Source: a bacterium
GTDB taxonomy: Bacteria; Auribacterota; UBA3054; JAPLST01
DNA length: 64,000 nucleotides
Direction: 5' to 3'
Assembly (NCBI GenBank): GCA_026417575.1
Contig: JAOACZ010000128.1
Span: 5,127 to 69,126 of the forward strand
Made by a program: the position numbers and the translations under genes. Numbering within the stretch: position 1 is the first letter of the stretch; each line of letters starts with the position of its first letter. This document shows positions 50,800 to 60,069 of the stretch, piece by piece. The notes beneath the pieces were generated by a model. It was given only the letters and a program-made list of their open reading frames with translations, did no database searches and was not told the origin of the DNA.

Positions 50800-51030
50800 C
50801 TATCCGCTCATTTTACAACTTCCGCAGCCGGCAGAGGGGCATGTAGGCAATTGCTCCCGCATACCACACGCAGTCGGGGCATTAGTTGTGACGGCGAAGG
50901 TAGTCAACTGAAGTGTAACCTCGCGGCTGTTGCAGTGCGGGCAACGCTGTTTATTGCGCTCCTTATAACTTGGCACGAGGATTTCTGACTGATTTCCACA
51001 AGCGCGACAATGATAGACGTAGAGAGGCAT
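50800..51030 (-). CDS. FmdB-family zinc-ribbon protein
   Basis: MPLYVYHCRACGNQSEILV...CPHCNS (CxxC...CxxC) with a Cys-rich tail CPSAGCGSCK. Confidence 0.75.
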   Translation of the reverse strand: MPLYVYHCRACGNQSEILVPSYKERNKQRCPHCNSREVTLQLTTFAVTTNAPTACGMREQLPTCPSAGCGSCKMSG

Positions 51031-51048
51031 AGGGTAATTGAGAAAGGG

Positions 51049-51597
51049 TTACTTACGATGTGGTGGAATGGTGCCTGGAGCGAGCAGTTTGGTTTCAATC
51101 ATGAAGGCAAGGCGATCAGGCTTCGTAGTACCAACGAGGCGATACTGTTCACGGCCGGCGCGGAAGAAGACAAAGGTCGGAACAGAGAGGATAGTGTATT
51201 GAGGTTCGAGCTTGCGCAGGGCGGGCTTACTGATGTCCACTTCGGCCACGCACACTTGGTCAGCAAAGTCACGTGCCATGCGATGCAGAGTGGGGAGCAT
51301 CATGACGCAGGGTGCGGACTTGCGCTGATGAAACATGACCAGGACAGGGAAGGAGTTACTAAGGACTTCGCGGACAAACTCAGCGGGTAGTTCGACGGAG
51401 AACACCGCGCCGGTGGTACTGGTGCGGAGAGGTTGGCCAGTGGCCGGCGTGACGAAATTAGCGAGTGTGGTGGTTCCTTGTGCTGTGGGAGGGGCCGCGG
51501 GCGGCGTGGTGGTCGGGTTCTCGCGTGAACAGCCGGCCATCACGCCGATCATCGTCATCGCGCTCAGCCACGCTGTGCCAACCTTCCGCGCCCGCAT
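51049..51597 (-). CDS. Thioredoxin-fold lipoprotein, monothiol (SxxC) active site
   Basis: Lipobox VMAGC. The Trx-like core VLVMFHQRKSAPCVMMLPTL has Ser in place of the first active-site Cys, and VPTFVFF is present. Confidence 0.6.
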   Translation of the reverse strand: MRARKVGTAWLSAMTMIGVMAGCSRENPTTTPPAAPPTAQGTTTLANFVTPATGQPLRTSTTGAVFSVELPAEFVREVLSNSFPVLVMFHQRKSAPCVMMLPTLHRMARDFADQVCVAEVDISKPALRKLEPQYTILSVPTFVFFRAGREQYRLVGTTKPDRLAFMIETKLLAPGTIPPHRK

Positions 51598-51621
51598 CAG
51601 ACCCCTGACGGTGCGATTAGT

Positions 51622-52137
51622 TTATTTGCATTCGCCGCACGGGGGTGGACAGGCTGGAGGACAGCTCGGCGGGCACGGCTTCTTCCAGGACTTTTTGCCC
51701 TTGCACGGGTAGGGGCAGGGGCGGCCCTTGGGTGCGAGCGGGATGCAGCCTTGCCGTGGATTTACGTACGTTTGCTTTGTGGGTGGGATCCAGCGCGCAT
51801 CCCACACAAAATCTGGCACGAGGTCATGGTAGTACAGGCCTTTGCCCGTCAGCCCGAACGTGACGACATCTGTTACGCCTGCGAGCTCACGCCAGGTTGT
51901 TAAAAAAGCACCTTTGATCGGCCCGCTGAGGAAGCCTACGATCGGGATGCGGGAGTTTTCATAAATCAGGCCACGCGGAATTTCGAGCCAGCCCGTCATG
52001 ATGTTCGCGAAACCGCGCGCCACCCCGTAAGCCGGGTTGATCGGTTTGGCGCCAGACGGCCTCGCCTGGTGCGACTTGCCAGCCATCAATGTCGTTGCTG
52101 CCATCAGAACGGCAAGTGCACATGCGAGTGCTTTCAT
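51622..52137 (-). CDS. Small secreted protein, paralog 1 of the W-x-E-[IL]-PR family (TIGR04073-like), Cys/Pro/Lys-rich tail
   Basis: Signal peptide. Core ARGFANIMTGWLEIPRGLIYEN...AGVTDVVTFGLTG...VPDFVWDARW. Tail CIPLAPKGRPCPYPCKGKKSWKKPCPPSCPPACPPPCGECK. SD GAGGAG. Confidence 0.7.
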   Translation of the reverse strand: MKALACALAVLMAATTLMAGKSHQARPSGAKPINPAYGVARGFANIMTGWLEIPRGLIYENSRIPIVGFLSGPIKGAFLTTWRELAGVTDVVTFGLTGKGLYYHDLVPDFVWDARWIPPTKQTYVNPRQGCIPLAPKGRPCPYPCKGKKSWKKPCPPSCPPACPPPCGECK

Positions 52138-52207
52138 ATCTGCTCCTCAGGTTAGGGTTATGCGCGCCGCACACGGCGGCTGCGCCGGAGAGCTGCGATT
52201 CTGGTGT

Positions 52208-52237
52208 ATTGTACCACACCTCCAGGGCTGTTTGCAA
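52208..52237 (-). promoter_or_regulatory. sigma70-type promoter of paralog 1
   Basis: Minus strand reads TTGCAA-18 nt-TGgTACAAT. It sits back to back with the aminopeptidase promoter. Confidence 0.4.
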
Positions 52238-52241
52238 TGCT

Positions 52242-52270
52242 TTGACTCTCTCACGGCCTTCTGCTATAAT
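52242..52270 (+). promoter_or_regulatory. Consensus sigma70 promoter of the M29 aminopeptidase gene
   Basis: TTGACT (52242-52247), 17-nt spacer, TATAAT (52265-52270). The in-frame GTG at 52278 is 7 nt after the -10. Confidence 0.6.
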
Positions 52271-52277
52271 TTCGCTA

Positions 52278-53366
52278 GTGAGAACAGAATGGATAGAGCG
52301 TTGGGCGCGCTTGTTGGTGCGCCATGCGATACGTGTGACCCGCGGCAGCGTGATTAAAGTTCGCGGTACGGTGGAGGCGCGCGCGTTGATGACCGCCGTA
52401 TACGCGGAACTGCTGCGTGCGGGCGCGCATCCGCGCATGACAGCTGTGCTCCCTGAGTTGACGCATCTTTTCTACACCTTGGCGAGTCGTGAGCAGCTCG
52501 GCTACCTCTCGCCGCTCGACGTGCATGAAGCGCGGCATTGTGATGGCTTTATCACGATCAAAAGCGATACCAACACCCGCGAGCTCTCGACCATTCCAGC
52601 GGAAAAACAGGTTATCACGATGAAAGCGGCGAAGCCACTTTCTGACATTATTATCAAGAACGACAACTGGACACTAACACTCTACCCGACCGCGGCCTAT
52701 GCGCAGGACGCCGACATGGCCATGAGCGAATTTGAAACGTTTGTGGCCAAGGCGTTATTTCTGGACAAATCCGATCCAGTGGCAGCCTGGCAGGAGCAAG
52801 AGCGCTGGCAGGCCAAGCTGGTGCGGCGGCTGGCAGCGGCAAAAACGGTGCGAATTGTCGGTCACGATACGGACCTTTCGCTGAGCGTAGCGGGGCGCAC
52901 GGTCCTCAATGACGGTGGGCATCACAACATCCCCGGGGGTGAGATTTTCACAGCGCCGCTCGAGACAAGTGCAGAGGGACGCATTCGCTACACGTATCCG
53001 GTCGTGGCGTACGGGCGTGAAATCAGCGACATTTATCTTGAATTTGCGCGTGGAAGAGTCGTCAAAGCTAGTGCGGCCAAACATGAGGAATTTTTACACA
53101 AGATGTTAGACATGGATGCGGGTGCACGTTATCTTGGTGAGTTTGGGATTGGTACGAATTATGGCATTCAGCGGTTTGTGCGCAACATTCTGTTCGATGA
53201 AAAGATTGGGGGGAGTGTGCATCTTGCTGTCGGCCGCAGCTATCCGAAGTGCGGTGGCCGCAACAAATCCGCGCTGCATTGGGACATGATTAAGGATCTG
53301 CGTCAAGGTGGCATGTTGTATTTTGATGGAACGCTTGTGCAGCGTGACGGGAAGTTTCTCATTTGA
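52278..53366 (+). CDS. M29-family aminopeptidase (AmpS/PepS-like)
   Basis: NIPGGEIFTAPLE, LGEFGIGTN, LFDEKIGGSVHLAVG. Start moved to the GTG at 52278 (362 aa) because the consensus promoter lies inside the longer track ORF. Confidence 0.75.
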   Translation: MRTEWIERWARLLVRHAIRVTRGSVIKVRGTVEARALMTAVYAELLRAGAHPRMTAVLPELTHLFYTLASREQLGYLSPLDVHEARHCDGFITIKSDTNTRELSTIPAEKQVITMKAAKPLSDIIIKNDNWTLTLYPTAAYAQDADMAMSEFETFVAKALFLDKSDPVAAWQEQERWQAKLVRRLAAAKTVRIVGHDTDLSLSVAGRTVLNDGGHHNIPGGEIFTAPLETSAEGRIRYTYPVVAYGREISDIYLEFARGRVVKASAAKHEEFLHKMLDMDAGARYLGEFGIGTNYGIQRFVRNILFDEKIGGSVHLAVGRSYPKCGGRNKSALHWDMIKDLRQGGMLYFDGTLVQRDGKFLI

Positions 53367-53382
53367 TGCGCAGGAGGCTGGT

Positions 53383-54081
53383 ATGAAAGCGTTCATTACG
53401 TGTGTGATCCTCCTTGTGATGGCAAGCTCGCTTTACGCGGCGCAGGATGTGCTTATTCTCAAAACGAAGAAACGCCTGGTCGGAACGGTGACAAATGTCA
53501 CGGAGCGCGGGTTGAGCATTCGCACGGCTCAGGGACTGTTTACGTATCCGTGGGAGGCGTTGCACGAGCAGTCCTTAAAGATCTACAATCCGCCGATGTA
53601 CGAGAAGCTGATGGAGCAGCGACGCAAAGCGTTTGAAGAACTCAAGCGCAAGCAAGGCCTAGTACAGTACAAAGGGCGGTGGATGACGCCGAAACAGAAA
53701 GAGGCGGCAGAGATGCGCGATAAGGGCATGGATTTGTTTGAGGGCAAATGGCTACCCACTAACGAGATCGCGGCGATTAAATTCCGTCGCCAGATGGAAG
53801 CTGAAGGCAAGATTGAATACAAAGGGCAGTGGTATACGGAAGCTGAACTTGCGGAAGTGAAGGAAATGGAGCGCAACCGTGGTCTGAAGGTGGGCATGAA
53901 AGAAGATGAAGTCATTGCCAAGTGGGGCAAGCCCACGCGGCGAAAGGAGTCTGAGTCATTTAAGGCCCAGCAGATGGAAATGTGGTTTTACGCGCGAGAA
54001 GACGAGGGTGTCGAAGATCGGTTGTTGTTCAAGATGGGTACGCTGAGCGAAATTCAGCTTGACCAACCGTTGTCAGAATAA
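53383..54081 (+). CDS. Secreted hypothetical protein with YKG-x-W repeats and BamE/SmpA-like C-terminus
   Basis: ATG at 53383 with SD AGGAGG. Signal MKAFITCVILLVMASSLYAA. Repeats YKGRWMTPKQKE, FEGKWLPTNE, YKGQWYTEAE. C-terminus GMKEDEVIAKWGKP...MWFY. Confidence 0.6.
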   Translation: MKAFITCVILLVMASSLYAAQDVLILKTKKRLVGTVTNVTERGLSIRTAQGLFTYPWEALHEQSLKIYNPPMYEKLMEQRRKAFEELKRKQGLVQYKGRWMTPKQKEAAEMRDKGMDLFEGKWLPTNEIAAIKFRRQMEAEGKIEYKGQWYTEAELAEVKEMERNRGLKVGMKEDEVIAKWGKPTRRKESESFKAQQMEMWFYAREDEGVEDRLLFKMGTLSEIQLDQPLSE

Positions 54082-54110
54082 CCGTGTAACGTAACCAGAG
54101 GAGCGATCGA

Positions 54111-54263
54111 ATGTCACGTCATCCCAGCTTCGGCAAAACTGGCATTGTCAAGAAACGTAACGTGTTAAAACGCTTTCAACGGATTGATCTTCTAAGAAAG
54201 CAGGGGCGCTTTAAGGAAGGCGACTCTGTCTACGGCTTGCCCAAGACCAAACCGCAGGCGTGA
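54111..54263 (+). CDS. Small basic protein (50 aa), not in the ORF track
   Basis: My translation: MSRHPSFGKTGIVKKRNVLKRFQRIDLLRKQGRFKEGDSVYGLPKTKPQA. GAGGAG lies 6 nt upstream. 14 K/R against 3 D/E. It resembles the PVC 'small basic protein' family from memory. Confidence 0.6.
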   Translation: MSRHPSFGKTGIVKKRNVLKRFQRIDLLRKQGRFKEGDSVYGLPKTKPQA

Positions 54264-54271
54264 GGCCGGGC

Positions 54272-55036
54272 ATGAGGATTCCCGTCATTGCGGGCAATTG
54301 GAAGATGCATAAGACCGTGGCCGAGGCTGTGGCCACGGTGACTGAGTTGAAAAGGCGGCTGGCGGGTGTGACTGGCGTGAAGGTGGTGGTGTGCCCGCCG
54401 TTTCTCGCCATAAAGGCGGTGGCAGATGCTCTCGGTGGTACGGCGATCGGCGTGGGTGCGCAGGATTGTTTTTGGGAAAGCTTTGGCGCGTTTACGGGCG
54501 AGGTGAGCCCGGAGATGATCAAAGAAGCGGGTGCGACGTATGTCATCATTGGCCATAGCGAGCGCCGCCAGTATTTTCACGAAACGAACGAGACCGTGAA
54601 CAAGAAAGTTAAAAAGGCGCTGGCAGCGGGTTTGACGCCGATCGTGTGCGTAGGCGAGACGTTAGCCGAGCGGGAAGCCGGGCAAACGGAACGGGTGGTG
54701 AATGATCACGTGACGAAAGGGCTGGCGGGGTTGAACGCGCATGAGGTAAGGCGGTGTATCATCGCGTACGAGCCTGTGTGGGCGATTGGGACGGGCAAGA
54801 CGGCTACACCCCAGCAAGCGCAGGAAGTGCACGCGTTTATCCGGCAACGCCTTGCGCAGTTGTGGGATTCTGCGACCGCCGCCACGGTGATCATCCAATA
54901 TGGGGGCAGTGTCAAGCCAGAGAACATTAAGGAGCTCATGGCCGAGCCGGACATTGACGGCGCGCTGGTGGGCGGCGCGAGCCTGGAAGCCGCCTCGTTT
55001 GAAAAAATCGTGAAGTACAACGGACCGATGACGTAA
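54272..55036 (+). CDS. tpiA: Triosephosphate isomerase
   Basis: MRIPVIAGNWKMHKT, IIGHSERR, AYEPVWAIGTG. The track start (GTG at 54260) overlaps the small-protein stop; the ATG at 54272 fits TpiA N-termini better. Confidence 0.9.
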   Translation: MRIPVIAGNWKMHKTVAEAVATVTELKRRLAGVTGVKVVVCPPFLAIKAVADALGGTAIGVGAQDCFWESFGAFTGEVSPEMIKEAGATYVIIGHSERRQYFHETNETVNKKVKKALAAGLTPIVCVGETLAEREAGQTERVVNDHVTKGLAGLNAHEVRRCIIAYEPVWAIGTGKTATPQQAQEVHAFIRQRLAQLWDSATAATVIIQYGGSVKPENIKELMAEPDIDGALVGGASLEAASFEKIVKYNGPMT

Positions 55037-55290
55037 GCAGGCGCGTTAAATTACGGAGGAGCCAGAAAAGCCTTGTCGTGAGCACCACGGCGAAACAGAT
55101 GCTTCATGGACGCAGTGGCTGTCGCGAAAGGAGATTGTATCGAAGCCCGCGGCAGCCAGTTGGTGTGAGATTCGTGACGGTCAGGACCCGATTGCCCGTC
55201 TTTGAGTGTGCTTGTGCGGGAATTTTATGTTTACGTTTCTTTCACATCAATTTGCGGTGATCTTTATTTCGGCGACGTAGCATCTGTACG

Positions 55291-56256
55291 ATGCGGTGGT
55301 TTTGGTTAATTTGCGCACTGATGTCGGCCTTGGCAACAAGGGCGTACGCCGCAGGTGAGGGGCCAGGAAGCTTGATAGTGATTACGAATGCGCGCTACGT
55401 TGCGCGCGGCGGGAACGACGGGGATAGTTTTCACGTAGCGCTCGATGGTCAGGTGCGCGCGGTGCGTTTGTACTTCGTCGACACGCCAGAAACGACGGCG
55501 TCAGAACTAACCGTGCGTCGGGTGCGTGAGCAGATGCGCTATTTTGGACACACGAATCCGGCGCACACTGTGGCGTATGGGCATCGTGCGGCGGCGTTCA
55601 CGCGCCGGCTGCTGCGTCAGCCGTTCACTGTCTATACGGCGTTTGCCAATGCGCTCGGCAGCACGGAGGGCGGGCGTATCTATGTGTTCGTGGTGACTGC
55701 GGACGGCAAAGATCTTGGCGAGGAGTTGGTGAGGCGTGGACTGGCACGCGCCTATGGCATGGGCCGCACCACGCCTAGTGGCCTTTCGCGTGAAGAGTAC
55801 GCAGCCCGGCTGTGCGACTTGGAACTGGTAGCGGCGATGACGCGCGCGGGGGCATGGGAGGCGAGCGTACCTGAACGTTTGGTGAAGCTACGCGCGCAGG
55901 AGCGGGAGGAAGCGCAGGGAGTGCGTGCAATCACGAGCTCCCTCGCTGCGCAACATTCGCGCATTAACCTGAACACCGCGACACGCGAGGAACTGATGCA
56001 GCTTAAGGGTGTCGGTGCCAAGCGCGCGGAAGCAATTATGCGTGCGCGGCCCTTTACGTCAGCTGCGGACGTGTTTTCGCGTGCCAGGCTTGCCACGGCG
56101 CGTAACGCACGCGATACTCTCCCAGGTGGAATGGTAAAACTGGGGGCACGGTTGCACTCAGCGCGGGTGAGGCTGCGTAGTGCCCTCTTAGGCCATGCGC
56201 TCGATAACGTGGCGCCCAAACTCCGAACACTTGACTTCGCGGGCTCCTTCCATTAG
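55291..56256 (+). CDS. Secreted staphylococcal-nuclease-like (SNase) / ComEA helix-hairpin-helix fusion protein
   Basis: Signal [20 protein letters not shown]. SNase motifs GNDGDSFHV...[10 protein letters not shown]...GLARAYG. ComEA-like [31 protein letters not shown]. The last 69 nt overlap the 3' end of icd. Confidence 0.7.
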   Translation: MRWFWLICALMSALATRAYAAGEGPGSLIVITNARYVARGGNDGDSFHVALDGQVRAVRLYFVDTPETTASELTVRRVREQMRYFGHTNPAHTVAYGHRAAAFTRRLLRQPFTVYTAFANALGSTEGGRIYVFVVTADGKDLGEELVRRGLARAYGMGRTTPSGLSREEYAARLCDLELVAAMTRAGAWEASVPERLVKLRAQEREEAQGVRAITSSLAAQHSRINLNTATREELMQLKGVGAKRAEAIMRARPFTSAADVFSRARLATARNARDTLPGGMVKLGARLHSARVRLRSALLGHALDNVAPKLRTLDFAGSFH

Positions 56257-57459
56257 TCGCGCAAAATCATATGTGACAATCTTGTCCGCGATAGTGCGCT
56301 CAAGTCCCCGCACGATCAAATCGGCTGCTTCCTGCCACCCCAAGTATTCGAACATCATCACACCGGAAAGGATTACCGAGCCAGGGTTCACGACGTCTTT
56401 ATCTGCGTATTTCGGAGCAGTGCCGTGGGTCGCTTCGAAGATGGCATGGCCGGTCATGTAGTTGATATTCGCGCCGGGGGCAATTCCAATTCCGCCCACT
56501 TGCGCTGCGAGCGCGTCGGAGAGATAATCACCATTCAGGTTCATGGTTGCCAACACGTCAAACTCTCTGGCGCGGGTAAGGGTCTGTTGGAAGCAAATAT
56601 CGGCGATGACATCCTTGATCAAAAGCTTGCCAGCAGCAAGTGCGGCCTGCTGTTCTGCGTTTGCCGCGGCCTCGCCGCGTTCTTTCTTTGTGTGTTCCCA
56701 TTGCTGCCAAGTATAGACCTTGTCAGCGAATTCACGCTCGGCCACCTCATAGCCCCAGGTGCGGAAGGCTCCTTCGGTGTACTTCATAATATTGCCTTTG
56801 TGAACCAAGGTGACACTGCGGCGCTTGTGCTTAAGGGCGTAGGTGATGGCGGCGCGGACGAGGCGCTCTGTTCCTTCGCGTGAGACGGGCTTGATACTGA
56901 TGCCCGCGGTGGCGGGGAAGCGTATCTTGGCAAACTCGGCGGGGAAGTGTTCCTTGAGAAGGCCAAGGAAGCGATCGCGCTCTGGCGTGCCGTCTTGAAA
57001 TTCGATCCCAGTGTAGATGTCCTCCGTGTTCTCGCGGAAGATGACCATGTTGACATCTTGAGGGCATTTGACCGGGGAGGGGACGCCTTCAAACCAGCGT
57101 ACCGGGCGCAGGCAGACGTACAAATCAAGCAACTTGCGCAGAGCGACATTTAAGCTGCGAATCCCGCCACCCACAGGTGTTGTGAGCGGGCCTTTGATGG
57201 CCACGCGGTAGGTGCTGATCGCGTCAAGTGTGGCTTGGGGCAGCCAGTCGCCCGTCTGTGCAAACGCCTTTTCTCCGGCGAGAACTTCCAGCCACTCAAT
57301 ACGGCGCGTGCCACGATACGCCAGGCGCACAGCGGCGTCAAACACCGGTTGTGCCGCACGCCAGATATCGCGCCCGGTACCGTCGCCTTCAATGAACGGA
57401 ATGGTGGGCGTGTCAGGTACACACAGCGCACCGCTGGGGTCAAGTACAATTGTTGCCAT
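56188..57459 (-). CDS. icd: NADP-dependent isocitrate dehydrogenase
   Basis: 423 aa with [48 protein letters not shown]. Confidence 0.9.
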   Translation of the reverse strand: MATIVLDPSGALCVPDTPTIPFIEGDGTGRDIWRAAQPVFDAAVRLAYRGTRRIEWLEVLAGEKAFAQTGDWLPQATLDAISTYRVAIKGPLTTPVGGGIRSLNVALRKLLDLYVCLRPVRWFEGVPSPVKCPQDVNMVIFRENTEDIYTGIEFQDGTPERDRFLGLLKEHFPAEFAKIRFPATAGISIKPVSREGTERLVRAAITYALKHKRRSVTLVHKGNIMKYTEGAFRTWGYEVAEREFADKVYTWQQWEHTKKERGEAAANAEQQAALAAGKLLIKDVIADICFQQTLTRAREFDVLATMNLNGDYLSDALAAQVGGIGIAPGANINYMTGHAIFEATHGTAPKYADKDVVNPGSVILSGVMMFEYLGWQEAADLIVRGLERTIADKIVTYDFARLMEGAREVKCSEFGRHVIERMA

Positions 57460-57468
57460 GAGACTTGT

Positions 57469-58887
57469 TTAGTACCGGTAATGAGGCGGCTTGTACGGTC
57501 CGTCAATGTCAACGCCGATGTACGCGGCCTGCTCGGGGGTGAGCCGCGTCAATTTGGCGCCAAGCTTTTCTAAATGTAGGCGAGCCACTTCCTCGTCAAG
57601 CTTTTTCGACAAGGTGGTCACGCCAATTGGTTTGCGTTCGCGCGCCAAATCAATTTGGGCCATGACTTGGTTGGTGAATGAGTTTGACATGACGAAGGAA
57701 GGGTGGCCTGTGGCGCAGCCTAGATTCACAAGTCGGCCCTCAGCGAGCAAGTAAATCGAGTGACCGTCGGGAAATGTGTACATATCCACTTGCGGTTTGA
57801 TGTTGGTGCGTTTGACGCCGGGTGCTCTCTTCAATGCGTCCACTTGGATTTCGTTGTCGAAGTGTCCGATGTTGCAGACGATGGACTGGTCGAGCATCTT
57901 TTCCATGTGTTCCAAGCGGATGACGTTGATGTTGCCGGTAGCCGTCACAAAGATAGTGGCTTCAGCCAATGCGTCCTCGACGGTGGTGACTTTGTAGCCC
58001 TCCATGGCAGCCTGCAGGGCACAGATAGGATCGATCTCAGTAACTAGTACACGCGCGCCAAACCCGCGCATGGATTGACAGCATCCTTTGCCCACATCGC
58101 CGTAGCCGCACACGCATACCGTCTTGCCCGCGACCATTACACCCAGTGCGCGCTTCAGCCCGTCGGCGAGTGATTCGCGACAACCGTACAAATTGTCGAA
58201 TTTCGACTTGGTAACCGAATCGTTTACGTTGATGGCAGGGAAAAGAAGGGTGCCGTTTTGCAGCATCTGGTACAAGCGGTTGACGCCGGTCGTGGTCTCT
58301 TCCGAGACGCCACGAATCTCCTTGACAATGCGGTGCCAGTACGTGCGGTCGCGCTTCAGCTGCCGTTTGAGAATCGCGTTGACCACAGCAAGTTCTTTGT
58401 TGCCGTTATCATCCTCGAGGATGGCTGGGTTTTCCTCGGCGGCGTAGCCACGGTGAATCAGTAAGGTGGCATCACCTCCGTCATCCACGATTTGATGTGG
58501 GCCTTTACCGCCCGGGAAGCTTAAAGCGCGCCGTGTACACTCCCAGTACTCTTCCAGCGTTTCTCCTTTCCACGCGAAGACAGGAATGCCAGCCTTCGCA
58601 ATTGCGGCTGCTGCGTCGTCCTGGGTGGAGAAAATGTTGCATGAGGCCCACTGCACCTGTGCACCGAGAGCCCGCAAAGTCTCGATCAACACAGCCGTCT
58701 CGGTCGTCATGTGCAACGAGCCAGTGATACGCAGCCCTTTCAGTGGCTGCTCCTTGGCATATTTTTCTCGCGTAGCCATGAGGCCGGGCATCTCATGTTC
58801 TGCAATCGTGATTTCCTTTCGGCCAGCCTCGGCAAGGCGAATATCCGCGACTTTATACTTGAGTTTGCTGTAATCCGGTAATCTCAT
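57469..58887 (-). CDS. ahcY: Adenosylhomocysteinase
   Basis: 472 aa with [34 protein letters not shown]. Confidence 0.9.
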   Translation of the reverse strand: MRLPDYSKLKYKVADIRLAEAGRKEITIAEHEMPGLMATREKYAKEQPLKGLRITGSLHMTTETAVLIETLRALGAQVQWASCNIFSTQDDAAAAIAKAGIPVFAWKGETLEEYWECTRRALSFPGGKGPHQIVDDGGDATLLIHRGYAAEENPAILEDDNGNKELAVVNAILKRQLKRDRTYWHRIVKEIRGVSEETTTGVNRLYQMLQNGTLLFPAINVNDSVTKSKFDNLYGCRESLADGLKRALGVMVAGKTVCVCGYGDVGKGCCQSMRGFGARVLVTEIDPICALQAAMEGYKVTTVEDALAEATIFVTATGNINVIRLEHMEKMLDQSIVCNIGHFDNEIQVDALKRAPGVKRTNIKPQVDMYTFPDGHSIYLLAEGRLVNLGCATGHPSFVMSNSFTNQVMAQIDLARERKPIGVTTLSKKLDEEVARLHLEKLGAKLTRLTPEQAAYIGVDIDGPYKPPHYRY

Positions 58888-58933
58888 AGCATCTCATGGG
58901 TGATAAGTGAGAGAAACAACCAGGGACAAACTT

Positions 58934-59560
58934 TCAGTACGGTGTTTCCATATTTTCTTCGACGGCTTCTTCCTCCTCGAACTCGACTTGGAGGCTTTCT
59001 TCGCCTGGGGCGGGTGGCGCGTAGGGGGACCACTGTGCTGCGAACACAAATTCCGGAAAGAGGTCAGGTGAGAATGCACTTGGTCCGGTCATACCGAACA
59101 TCATGACATCCACAACTCCGAGGACGGCGCGGGAAGTCATGAAGAAGAGACCTTTTAGCAAGCCGCTTCCTATGCCAAGGACCGGAAAATTGACATTTTC
59201 AATAACCAGGTTGCGGGGCAATTCCAGCCAGCAGGTAGAAAGGTTTACGCATCCACGAAAGAAGGCCCAGGGAGGGTTGAGCTCGCGCGGGTAGGTGGGG
59301 CGGGGCGGGGGTGCGGGCGTTGGTACTGGCGTAGGAGTTGGCAACGCCGCAGCCTCTGTCGCAGGCTTGGCAGCCGCTGTTGGCGCTACTGGCGGAGGGC
59401 TCACAGGGGTGGGAGCGGAGGGGGGCGTTGCGAGCGTTGGTGCATTAGTTGCGATTGCATTAGCGCTCACATGTGCCACCGTGCTGATGTTTGTCGCGTG
59501 CGTAAGCCACGCACTGCCCAGGGCAATTGTTAGGCTCGCGATCAAGCGCTGTGTCTTCAT
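58934..59560 (-). CDS. Small secreted protein, paralog 2 of the W-x-E-[IL]-PR family, A/P/T-rich linker and acidic tail
   Basis: Signal peptide, SD AAGGAG. Core FFRGCVNLSTCWLELPRNLVIEN...LGVVDVMMFGMTG...FPEFVFAAQW. Tail EESLQVEFEEEEAVEENMETPY. Confidence 0.7.
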   Translation of the reverse strand: MKTQRLIASLTIALGSAWLTHATNISTVAHVSANAIATNAPTLATPPSAPTPVSPPPVAPTAAAKPATEAAALPTPTPVPTPAPPPRPTYPRELNPPWAFFRGCVNLSTCWLELPRNLVIENVNFPVLGIGSGLLKGLFFMTSRAVLGVVDVMMFGMTGPSAFSPDLFPEFVFAAQWSPYAPPAPGEESLQVEFEEEEAVEENMETPY

Positions 59561-59634
59561 CTGGAACTCCTTGTGACGTCTGGTGTGGCGAATAGCTCAT
59601 CTATGCAAGATGGGTAGACTCCTCCTCATGCAGC

Positions 59635-60042
59635 TTAGTAGAGCTCAGCTTTGTCCGAGAGCCAGGGGTCTTCCCACGGATAATCAGGCACGGCCGTAGC
59701 ATAGCCATAATGGCCCGTGTAACCAACGGAAAGCAGGTCCACCACGCCGAACAGCGTGCGCATCGCAGTCATAGTTGTGCCCATGAGAGGGCCGGTGAGC
59801 ACTGCCGAGAGAGGCCTTCGAGTGAATTCGTAACTTAAATTGCGGGGCAGCTCGAGCCAGCCCAACAGCACATTGGCTGCGCCGCGTTGCATCCCGAAAC
59901 GCATGGCCTCGCCTGTGGTGTCAAACTCGTATTCTGGCATGAGGGCGAAGGCAGCGTCGTCTCCCTCATTTTGGGCGCGCACGAGCGTGGGATTGGACAC
60001 TATGAGAAGAATCGTGACGAGTATTGCTGCAAAAGGTTTCAT
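59635..60042 (-). CDS. Small secreted protein, paralog 3 of the W-x-E-[IL]-PR family (minimal form)
   Basis: Start revised to MKPFAAILVTILLIV. Core MQRGAANVLLGWLELPRNLSYEF...FGVVDLLSVGYTG...VPDYPWEDPW. Confidence 0.7.
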   Translation of the reverse strand: MKPFAAILVTILLIVSNPTLVRAQNEGDDAAFALMPEYEFDTTGEAMRFGMQRGAANVLLGWLELPRNLSYEFTRRPLSAVLTGPLMGTTMTAMRTLFGVVDLLSVGYTGHYGYATAVPDYPWEDPWLSDKAELY

Positions 60043-60069
60043 GAAAGAACGTCTCCGTGACATAAGGGA

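Noticed and set aside
58888-58933. An SAH riboswitch upstream of ahcY.
   Set aside because: The gap is only 46 nt, too short for the element, and it lacks the conserved pseudoknot sequence.
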